From the NCBI GenBank assembly GCA_051942245.1, contig JAVECL010000010.1:62001-120855 (forward strand): DNA of 58,855 bases, written 5' to 3'. Under the pieces are notes generated by a model. It made no database searches. It was not told where the DNA came from and saw only the letters and a program-made list of their open reading frames with translations. Shown piece after piece: positions 9,944-20,967 of the stretch. Origin of the DNA: Trypethelium eluteriae (taxonomy: Eukaryota). A program made the position numbers and the translations under genes. Each line of letters begins with the position of its first letter. Position 1 is the first letter of the stretch.

Positions 9944-11389
9944 ATGTGTGAATCAAGCAGCATACAGTCTCTTGACGTTTCAGGCCCGGCTTTTGAGCTC
10001 AAGTTGTCCCCTTTTGACGCGCGGATTCCACCTGTGTATTCCAAGAGAGTTTTACTTTTCCCATTGTCAGAAGCAACTCAACAGCACAGGCATAATATCA
10101 TTGACCTACTTCGCGAGGCTGTACAATCGACCGTTGAAGGATTGCCGTTCCTTGCAGGTTCAGTAGTGCCTTTCTCGAAGGGGCGACCATGACTTTACCG
10201 TCTACATGGCCAGGGCGCTGTACGCCTCGAGGTTTGTGACCTTAGCCACGAGCTCGACTACGACAAGTTACGAGAAGCGCAATTTGTGAGCTCATTGCTG
10301 GATTCCGACAAGATTCGTCCAAAGGCAGAACCTCCTGTCGACGTCTGCCGTTTGCGCGCCAATTTTGTTGCCAATGGGCTGATTCTAGTCGTTCCCATCG
10401 CTCACACCGTCTGCGACGGGCGTGGAATCACTGAAGTTCTCAGCGTCTTTGCGAAGCACTTTCGCCATCGTTCGAATATTGAGTTCATCTCAAGTGAAGA
10501 AAATGCACACACCAAACAGTTCTACAAAGCTGACCGCACAAACGTCCTGTCCAGCAATGGTGCCTCTGGCACCATCAAGAACCACATGGCCTGGAAAGCG
10601 CTTCCACGAACGCCTCATCTCAGTAGCAGTAGTTTCGTACCACCAACCGGCATTTGCGCAAACTTCAGAATCAGCAGTGACGCGCTGCGCACACTGAAGC
10701 TACTGGCATTGCCGCCCAAGCCCATCCTCGCCGACTGCGCATCCCCCTCGACCTACATCTTTACACACGACGCCATTTCCGCCCTGCTCTGGTGCAACAT
10801 CATGCGCGCACGGCGTCAGGCGAACATCCTCGACGAAAACGCCATAGTATACGCCATCTTCCCCGTCGACTGTCGTGCCCGACTTGGGCTACCAGCACCA
10901 TACTGCGGTAACGCAGTGTACACGACACGTACTGTGCTTCCTCTCCGCACTCTCACACAGCCCATTGCAATGGACGAACATGAGTCTGATCCTCTACAAA
11001 TCTCAGGCCTCCAAGCTGCCGCTCTTGACATCCGCGCCGCTCTAATACAGGTGACAGGTGATGTCTTCCGCGACTTCCTTGGATTCGTGGAGAAAAATGA
11101 TAGTACGATGGCTATGCATATGGCCGGTTTCGAGGAGTTGGGAAGTTCGAACATGCTGCTGACCAGCTACTTCGGATTTGACCATCATGGACTCGACTTC
11201 GGCGAGGTGCTGGGTGGGCGAATCGAGGCGTTTCGCATTCCGTCACAGGGCTTGCTGCCAGGAATGCAGTTTTTGCTGCCACGTCTTCCTGATGGAGGAT
11301 GCGAGATTGTGATATTTGATTCCAAAGAGGTGGTCGAGGCCTTAGATGCCGATGCGATCTGGAAACAAATGGCAGTGAGGCAAGGTTGA
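9944..11389 (+). pseudogene. CoA-dependent O-acyltransferase (Tri101/BAHD-like transferase family) interrupted by one in-frame TGA
   Basis: ORFs 9830-10192 and 10286-11389 share a frame and are separated only by TGA 10190-10192. Motifs LSPFD, LPFLAG, HTVCDG (HxxxD), DAISALLW, VDCRARL..YCGN and LDFG. Start codon uncertain (9902 or 9944). Confidence 0.85.
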
Positions 11390-12544
11390 AATGCAAAGAT
11401 ATGAGTGTGCTACAGCGGCGAGTGATATCGTTCTGCGGATTGAGCGATGGCCGGATGTGGAAACGATCTGAAGTGAAATATTTTTACCTGGATTATGTTT
11501 CTGATGCTGCCTTTGAACTACGTCGGAACGACGTACTCATAAAGGATCAGCGAAACCTGTCCTGACCGTCCAGCTCGGCTGTAGGGGCTGCCGAAAAACG
11601 ACGCCAAAATATTTGGTTGCCTTTGCCGTGAGAGATGCCATTGGTATACGAGCTCGAATCCTACACATACTCAAAATAGCGACGATACGTACTCGTATAA
11701 TCGGCTCGGCCGCTGAGAACTCGAACTCGAATATGATTAGTGCTTGATCATTGGAGGATCTTACTGTCTTCTATTCTGGCAAATGAGGCACTAAATTTCT
11801 CTAGAAGAGATTGTTCTGGTCACCTTGTGTGCATGAAGAGCGACATAAAGATGACGCCCAACAACTCCAAGCTTCTAAAGTGGTCATAACGAGGCAGGAG
11901 AAACTACCCACCGCTACAAGTACAAGGCTACGTTCACAACACGCGAGTCATCATGAAAGTGCATCAGCTTTTGATTTCAGCTTTACGAATGCCTTAAATT
12001 AGCAGTCGAATTGGCAGACATTCGAACCCTTTTGGCGAATAGAAACTAGACAGACCCTTGGTGACCTGATGTGAACCCATGCTCACGTACAATGCCATGC
12101 ACGCCAAGATAGCAAAAAGCACTTCGATGTCTCACTCGGCGTGTGATGAACTCCCATGCATTCCTGAATATCTGAGACTCTCACACTTGCAGAGTTGCTG
12201 CTATTCTTAGCAGATTACCCACAATGTAGACGGTCTAAAAGCGTATTCGGTAAAGACGAAGTTGAGAATCGCCCGCATGCTTACAGCATATTTAGAGAAA
12301 CGAAGTCGTGGGGAGCCAGTCAAGTGTAAGAAACCAAGCCTCAGATACTTTGGAGTGACTCCTTTATGATACCCTCACGTCTGGAGCTACTCACTGTGTG
12401 CACCTCCCTATTGATGTTCGTCAAACTGGTTAAGGTGCTTAACTGACGTATAGTATGAGTCAGTCTGTGGTCAAGGCCTAAATAGCTGAGTATAGAATTC
12501 GTGACCAGACATCAGCATGGCCTCAAATGCCCCACTAGTCGAAA

Positions 12545-13623
12545 GAGTTAGTCCATATATAAGAAACGCTCTTCTTTCGAGCGATCAGCTACGCATTGAA
12601 AGCGTTTCGAGACGGATCGGCAGATTCAAGGCTTTAGGCAATGCCCACGAGGAAGAAATTCGGCATGGGTCAAAGTATGATCTATAGGCTCGGCCAATAC
12701 CGTACATTACGTCGCGCTTCCCGAAGGCAGAATTTAAACCCTTCAGATCAGCGATGCGCCGGTAGTTGGAACAGGACCACAACACATTAGGCATGTCCGG
12801 TCAAATGGAACAACTTTAACACAGAGGAGCCATCTTTACTTGATGTAAGCTTAGCCCTATCCTGAAATGTAGAGCCATGGTGGCTGAAAGAAGGCTGGAT
12901 TTGCTGTGGTTGAGGCAGCGGGAACGACAGTGAATTTCTCCACGAATTGAACGTAAGCAGTAGAAGGCAAAATTGCAAACCAAGTCCCCGGAATGTCGAC
13001 TCTTCTGGAAGTTTCAAGCTTGTTTCTGGATGTCTAAAGTCCAGGCGGTAGCGAGTTCACGGGTAAAGCACTCAGCACGCGGGCGGATAGTCCGAAAGGA
13101 ACAGCGTTGGAGGGAATCTGAAGCATCAATAGGCCAAAATGGAAAATCTGCATATGCAGGTCTTTAAGATCTTTATGAGAAGCATCTTGATATATTTCTG
13201 AGGTGTTGGTCGCGCGTATGTCGGCCGAGATACAGAAAGCCCCTGCGTTTGCCTAAAAACGGCCGGACGGGGGCAAAGCGCGGGTCGCAAGAGTTGTACG
13301 TCCGGAGCAGAGCAGGGGGTTCAGCTTGGCTGGGTCGTATACGCTCATGAAAGGTCTTATTGATCGATGATGGCGTTCAATGAAATTTTGCCAACGGCCA
13401 GGCGCTTTTCGCCGGGCGATGCCACAACGACAAAGATTCCAACAAACTCAGGCTCGGAGGCTTGCCAAGGCAGCTTCCGTGCATAATGACTCGGCCAGGG
13501 CTGGAAATGCTGAGAATCCAATGTCAGTCAAAGCCCTGGGTGTGGTCTAATTTGCACTGCGGAAGTATTCAGGCTGAAAACCGAGAAGGGTTTATCAAGA
13601 GTTGCCATGATCATGGCAGGCAT
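12545..13623 (-). pseudogene. Probable heavily eroded second acyltransferase gene
   Basis: Frame-switching fragments in transferase order: EPEFVGIFVV, FMSVYDPAKLNP, PAVFRQ, MQIFHF, RELATAWTLDIQKQA, FNSWRNSLSFPLP, NSAFGKRDV, WALPK..IRLETLSM. Many stops; no HxxxD found. Confidence 0.35.
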
Positions 13624-13818
13624 TGCTGAGACTCGCCATTTGCTCCTGCTCACTCGTAAGTGCTTTGATTTAAGGAAGTACCTCCTTGGACTGCCGAAAA
13701 CTTGCTGCATGATCAAGACTCCAACCCTCTTTATAAAAGCCTTCGGCACTTGCAATCAAGTTGAACCATTTCTTCTGTGAATATCAAATATCCTCCATCA
13801 TTTTAATGCCCAGTCAAG

Positions 13819-14883
13819 ATGGTACAGGCGCAAGCCCTCACGAAGTCCATGCAAACGGACGAAGATACCGGCCTTCCGTTGGTCACATTTCAAGAATCTG
13901 GGCGAGAGTCACTTGGACCCAGGGATGTTCTCATTCGATTCCTTGCTGCTCCAATCAATCCACTCGATATCCTGGTCCTCGCTGATGTCTATACTACCAA
14001 GCCGCACCATTACCTTCGTGGTGAGCCGATTATGGGCTATGATGGGGTTGGTGAGATAGTTCTCCGTGGGGCAGCTGTCAGTGATGTTTCGCCTGGCGAT
14101 ATTGTCATTCCAAGCAAGCTCGGTATGGGAACATGGAGGACACAGGCGGTTGTCAATGTGGAGTGGGTGCACAAGATTGATCAGCCAAGCAACAATACGT
14201 TTGCGGCAATGATGTACAGCACAGTCGCACCAGGCTTCCTCTTGGTCGAAGACATGTGCAATCTGAGGCCTGGCGATTGGATTATCCAGAATGCGGCCAC
14301 ATCTGCAATTGCTCAAATGGTTGTCCAATTTGCTCGTTTAAGGAACATACACACTATCGGGATTATTCGAGATCGTGATGTAGCAGAGGCTGAATCGGTG
14401 AAACAGACTTTGCATCAACTTGGATCAGAAATAGTGTTGACGGAGAGCGAAGTGGAAGGCAATGCGGAGATCGGGTCCAAGCCTGTCAAGCTAGCATTGG
14501 ACTGTGTCTCTGGAACTTCTGCGAGGAGACTGGTAGACTTGCTATCGACTGGAGGAACATTCGTTCAGCTAGGGCTCGTCGCTGAGCGGCAGGGACAGCT
14601 TCCTTTGGACGCAACGAACCGTTCCGGTCACACGCCGACTTTCAAAACGTTTCGCAGCAAACCTCAGATGGCATTAAAATCTCGGGAAGAACAAGCTCAC
14701 ATGTTCAACGGATTTGTCGCTCAATTCAATGCCGGAGAGCTGGTGTTGCCACCGCTGGGGCTGGAGACAATACTTTGGAATTCGAGGGAGCCAGAGGTCA
14801 GCTCTGAAAGGATCGTGAAAGCAGTAAAGCGAGCCCAGAGCGGGAGACTTGGTCAGAGAAAGCAGGTCATGATCTTCATATAG
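13819..14883 (+). CDS. MDR-family trans-2-enoyl-thioester reductase (Etr1/MECR-like), intronless, no obvious mitochondrial presequence
   Basis: FLAAPINPLD..ADVY, GYDGVGEI, GTWRT and LRPGDWIIQNAATSAIAQMVVQFAR motifs. Confidence 0.88.
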   Translation: MVQAQALTKSMQTDEDTGLPLVTFQESGRESLGPRDVLIRFLAAPINPLDILVLADVYTTKPHHYLRGEPIMGYDGVGEIVLRGAAVSDVSPGDIVIPSKLGMGTWRTQAVVNVEWVHKIDQPSNNTFAAMMYSTVAPGFLLVEDMCNLRPGDWIIQNAATSAIAQMVVQFARLRNIHTIGIIRDRDVAEAESVKQTLHQLGSEIVLTESEVEGNAEIGSKPVKLALDCVSGTSARRLVDLLSTGGTFVQLGLVAERQGQLPLDATNRSGHTPTFKTFRSKPQMALKSREEQAHMFNGFVAQFNAGELVLPPLGLETILWNSREPEVSSERIVKAVKRAQSGRLGQRKQVMIFI

Positions 14884-17800
14884 AAATAGATGTAGCGCCC
14901 ACTTATTTCTTTTTGTTGATGTCTTTCGTTAATTCTGGTATGATGAGAGCTACGGAAGCGGACGGAAATTAGATGTGGTCAAAGCTGAGGATCCAACAGA
15001 TTGTCACCATTTTCAACCGCTAGAGATTCATAACTATCATTCGAGACTAGAGAAGGGAACGCTTTCTTTTACTCTCAGAAGACGACTGTGTTTATCCGCT
15101 GACTGTAATCTCTCTGTCTTTGTCAGCGAACACTTGACTCAGAAACCGCGATATCTCTATTATCATCCTTCATCCCATTGGTGATCTTCTTGACATGCAC
15201 CTGAGGTACGCTTACACTAGTCATTAAAGCGAGCGTACGCTTAATAACGTCTAGCAGATCTGCTAGATGCCAGATGTTTGTCTAATATCTGGTGGGGTCG
15301 ACCGGGGCCTCCGTCCCCTGGTCTACCACTACTGTGGATATCATTTGGTTTGCAGCCCATGTAACGGATGTCCACCTACTGATTTGATGTTGTAACAAAC
15401 AACTGAATGGGTGGTGAAAGCTTATAGATTAAGCTATGGAGGCAAGGATATCTATATACGTAGCCAATTCACGAACCTCACTCCTATTCACGTGATAGGA
15501 TTGCCAATTTCCTCATAAGATTGCCTTCTCACACATCACATGCAACATCATGATTGCGCCCAAATCTACAAATGACAGGCGATAAATATCCCCGCATCTG
15601 GCGCTGAAATGATCGCAGTGTGCAGTGCATTGTGTTACAGACTTTCCATCAAAGTAAAAACAATAGCTACTGCAAGGTGAGCAAATAGGCAACGAGATTC
15701 TTGGCTAGGGAAGAGATTGCAGCGACGTTGGGACGCCCTCAGCACTCTGCATCATCTGAGGTGCAGAGGCTGAGTGGGCGTAGAAGAAGATTGGGCAAAG
15801 CTTACGGAGAAAGCGGTTCTGTTCGATCTACCCATGGCTAAATGGAACAGTGAGTGGCTATGGCCCCCAGTAACGCGGCGATAAGCATTAGAAGACAAAG
15901 CGGTTCGTCGTGGTTGGAAAAAGCGATGCAGACCCAGAACGACAACTCTCCAAAAGCTGTTTTCACATGGACTACGTGGATGAATGGGTCGCATAGATAT
16001 CCCTGTCGACTTCAAAGGTTGCTTCATCAATGATTAACAGGCGTCAAATTAGGAAGCTCGCCTATTTTCGTGGAGACAACCCTGCTGCGAGACGCGTAGG
16101 CAGAAACATATCACTTTTGCTGCTCCTCTACAAGCCTTATCCTTTCCGCCGAAGTGTTTCGCCTCGCTTGCATGTGTTCTGATGAGTCTCCGTCCGGGTA
16201 GGCATCAAATCAAACCGAAAACAGAGTGCTTTTGCTACGTTACGCGCAAATAGCGGTAAGTCGGGCCCGCGTTTCTCATGAGGTCACTACATGATGTTCC
16301 AATACCTTCGCTAGTTGAGATCAGTAGTAATCCCACTTGACATTAAGGGAGCTCTCGCACGGGTTAGCGGCTAACCAAATACTACTCTTGCAGCTCTAGT
16401 CATCGTCCGATCACCCGTGACGAGGTCACCCACCTTATCTTTATGTTTTCGTATGTGAAGAATAGCGTTACTTGGAAAGATGACTTCGAGTGTCGTTACT
16501 AGAGAAAGGAAAAGGGAGCTAGGTACCATTGTCCAGTTATGGACGATTCAAACGTTTGAAAAAAAGGTAAAGTGATCCAGTCTGACGCTCGCAAGACTTG
16601 TTCTCCCAGACCCGGTTTTTCCCTTTACTATCTGGCAGTATTCCTACACCCCGTGGAGGCGATATGTTTGCATTAGAGGAGATGCACAAAGAAAGTGAAC
16701 CAGTAAGCTATTGACGTTAGTCGCCTTTCTTATCATCAGTCAGAGGCGGACCATCTCAATGTTACAGACTTTCCAGGGCAACGGCGTTGATTACAATCTA
16801 GTGAATCCCCTCTATTCACGCGAGCACGCCATTGTTATCACATGCGCAATCATTCTGCTGTTGCCACTACTGCATCTGCCGGTAATACTTTATTTTCATC
16901 TCTTGTCAATCCTAACTTGCTTTCCGAGCCAACAGACAAGAAACACGCCGTACCCGCCCACAGGCGGTCAAGTTAGCGGTAGATATGATGGTAGCTTTGC
17001 TCGTTGCATCAGAGTACCGCCTTGAATCTAATGGAATGAGGGAAAAAGACCAATTATTAAATAACATCGAGACATATAATCGAACGATTTAGCAAGTCAA
17101 TCATACTCATAGAGTGGGAACAATGTGGACACTAACGCTGAGGTTTACTCGGAGTTAAAGGTGACCGGCATGGAGAGCTGAGGGTTGTGGACGCATTTAC
17201 CTTCGCATTGTCCCCATCTGGCAATCCTATTAGTCTGAAGGCTAAATAGCACGGCTTTGCTCCGCTTACCAGCAATAGCGATCGTGGCCAGTTCCATCAA
17301 ATAGATGCATATGCATAGGCGTTTCCAGCGACTTCAGGGGTGTGGAGAGAAACCAGAAATGAAACTGGGGACTACGCTTACTTTTCTCCGTGAAGGGGAC
17401 GGCGAGGAGGAAGCTGAATAGGGGATTTTCAGTGCAAAGGGCATTAAACTTTTTACGGTAATGGTGGACTCTGACTAAACTATTACAAGCTGTACTTGAG
17501 AGTGTTACTTGAATAGAAATCGATAGTACTAGTGGATGGCAACAGGAAATTCTGGACGGGTCTTGAAAGGTTAAGATCTTGACATGGATCATGTAGAGTA
17601 CGACTAAGTTGTATTAAGCTTTGATGGGGCAACAAAGAAAAACTTAAAAATTAGACATTAAGAATTTGCCATTGTGCTTATCGAAGTCTTGAGGAGCTCT
17701 TCTTCGTTGTCCTTAAATAAGACATTGCTGCAGAGGCACTCCCACTGACAGTCGAGAGCGATATTTGTCGCCTCGTGCAGTGTTCACACTTCTTGATCTT

Positions 17801-19539
17801 ACCCAATCTAGAATATTATAATCGCCTACGGACGTTCATCATCAGAGCTGAGTTATTTTCCGAAGGCAGGGTGAACTTTGAGAATATGCTGGACCCGGTA
17901 CTCGTCATGCCCCTGTCTCCCAGTCTGGATAGGTGCAGCGCGGCAACGGGAGCGTCTTTGACTGCTGTACCATGTGTGTGGCGCAGAGTCTACTCGCATG
18001 CCCTCTTCAGTAAATATCCCCGAAGACACTATACCCGGCGCCGCCCCAACTAACGCGAAGGAGTCTATGTTTGGTCCATTGTGGCACCTGATTTGGAAAC
18101 TTAACGTGGATGCACGGTGCGGTGGTTCCCAGCAAGCATGTAGGGCTGCAGGATTACTGCAAGATCGGGTGAAAGGGATACTAGACCTAGCGGTGGCCCT
18201 GCTCCAGATATGCCGACGTGGTTTTCGACAATAATAATCACCCTGCTTCGATGCCTTAAAGGGCCTTCCGATCAGGAGAATACGTTGCCTACCCCTACTT
18301 GAAACCAGAGCCGTGAAGAATTTGAGATGAATGTGTGTCGAAAATCAATATCTCCGAAGCCTTACCATTCGTAATGTACGGTAAGAAGGGCCACAAGGGC
18401 CCATGGACGGTAAGCCAGCAACCCAAGTACTTGATCATGCATCTTTCCTCGTCAACATCGTCGCTTTCATCCTTGTACATATGTGAGAAACATGACGGTC
18501 ACGCCCAAAGCAACCGCCCGAGCCTGCGTCAGAAAGGGCTGAATCGGCTACTTCTCAATCTTCATCAGCCAAATCACTCATGCTCCTTTTCTCTCCCCCT
18601 TCCTCTCTCTTCAAAGTATGCTAGCATACTGATTTCTGAAATAGTCAGCTCGAAGCCGAATTTCACCGTTTTCTATTCTCATGCTTCTGTAAGCTTGAAT
18701 ACCACCTTCAGCCTTTCTTAGAAATTCTGGAACAAGTACTCTCCTAAGGCTTTCAACCCATGTAGTATCACGATCCTTATCAAAGAACTCAGACGAGCTG
18801 ACAAGACAACTCCTTAGATTCTTCATTCTGAGCTCTTAGCATACTTAGTCCAGCAGCTGCGTCTTCGCCACCGAACACTGCAACACTTGGTTTATCCCCA
18901 CGGAAGGAATCAGCGGCCCCTTTCAATCGCTCTCCACTTCACCTATTCCCCAGCTTTCTCGCTACTGAGCTCCCCCCTTGCGATCCGGCATCGCCATCCA
19001 ATGAATCATCGGGATGTTAACGCCAGAGCAATCCAAACACTGATCCCTGTCGCAAAAGCTGCGTCACCTTGCAATAGCTCGCAGTCCAAATCTTTGGCCA
19101 GTAGCCGGCTCGCTCTTCTATGAAATGTCACGAAGGACTTTCCAGAGTTTGCGAACTATAAGAGGGGATGTACTCGAGACCAGCAGCCAAGAAGATATAT
19201 AAGGAGATGTCCTAAACGAGTCAGTGATTTCAGGACGCTCCTAAGAACCGAGCGGTTTTGCAGCGGTTTTGCTAGGCTGTAACCCTGTATACTGTGTAGT
19301 TGGTGTAAAACTCGTGTGAATGCATCTCTCCCATTGGGAAAAGCATGTATGTTTGGAGTGACGGAGATACCCAAGTATGAACGGAGAGAAAGCTTATTGG
19401 AAAGGAGCTATAATCAGTGATGAGAAGGATGGTACTAAATTGATGCTCCACAATCAGGAGAGCGCTAGCTTTGCTCTGAAAGACTGGTAAACTTTTCTGC
19501 ATTTCCGATTGCTTTTGCGGAGCAGTCCAAGCTTCACCA

Positions 19540-20967
19540 TCAGTCCTTTTCAATACGTGTTGAGACTTTGTTTGTGACTGAGACACACTTATCAGTACCA
19601 GCCTCCTTTCGGAACCGCTGAAATATAAAACTATTGCCCTCAGTAGCCCACCAAGACATCGTCATCAGGCTGCTTTTTTGCGCTTTCCAAGAGCCTGGAT
19701 GATGCATCATCACGGTTCGCAAAAGTTCGAGCACAAACAAAAAGCTCTCATGACGGCTGTGAGCTATGAATACTTCATGTCCAAAGTAAATGTGGTTTTC
19801 GAGCTTCGCCCCTCTCCAAAAATGCTCTAAGGGAAAGCGGCTGCCTTGATAAGCACAACCTTCCGGAGTCCACGAGCCGCCAGGATTGAGTCTCAACCCG
19901 ATCATCAGGTCTTTCTTTAACCGGCGTCTGTTGCTATTAAACCTACCGACCTGGGCATGGTGAGTGATCGGTCAGTGCCTGAGATTGAGCGCGCTTACCG
20001 TGATTCGTCTTCCTTGTCGGAGAATGCCGAACCTGATATCTTCACCTTGTAGAACGTTCTCAATGCGACACACAAAGCTAAATCTGGGATACTGCTGCGG
20101 GTCCAGGAAGCTCGGAATCCCCTCTGGAATACACTGTTCAAGAGCTGCCACTACAGTATCTTTGAACAACTGACGTAGATCCGATGGCCAGTATCTCGAG
20201 GTTGTGGAGTCAACCCGTCGAGCGCCAAAAAGCGCAGGTTGGAACTCTTCCTTGTCATATCGCTCAATGAAAGCAGTGATGGACTTGTTTAGCTTGTCTA
20301 TCTTGATGGCTCTATCGCTTCGTGAGTGGGTTTGCTGGATCTGCTCTTTTTCCAGGTGGCCTAGTTGCAGGCCCAGTATCTTGGCTATGTCACTGCCGTC
20401 TTGGGCTACTGAATGACCAGTGACGGAGTTGAGTATTTTCTCATTGTGAGGGGCATTGTGAACTCGTGTGCTGCCCTGCAGCGAAATTTGCCCTTCGTGG
20501 GCTGTCTTTGCATTCACAGTCCCAGAACCGTCAACACAAGAACCACGAGGGCACTCGCGTGCCCTATCTTGGATAGGCTTGCCGTTTCGATGATCGTTCT
20601 CCTGGGTAACGGGACATGACTGAGGGTCCTGATAAATTTGACATTCTGCAGCACTGTTTCCAAGGTTTGCGGTCAAGGGGTCACCATTTTCAGGTACAGA
20701 GGGGTGAGATGTCGGTCCGGAGTGATCGGCAGTCTCCGATTCATCATGACATGTAGTCAACATGGCAATAAGTTCTGTGATCTTAGCCTTTATCTGATCC
20801 TCCAATATGTCTGTTCTAACGTAGGTGAGCCCTTTCCTACTGATTTTCTCGGGTGGAGGCGATGCGTCCGATGACTCCTCGGCCGATCGCTTACGACTTG
20901 CCGGACTCGCTGACAGTGGAAGAAGTGGTAGGAAAGAGACTTCTCCTGATTTCCTGGGATCTGCCAT
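19540..20967 (-). pseudogene. Hypothetical protein gene interrupted by an in-frame stop
   Basis: ORF from ATG 20967 (MADPRKSGE) ends at TGA 19972-19974, and the same frame stays open through ORF 19540-19905; no family recognised. Confidence 0.4.
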
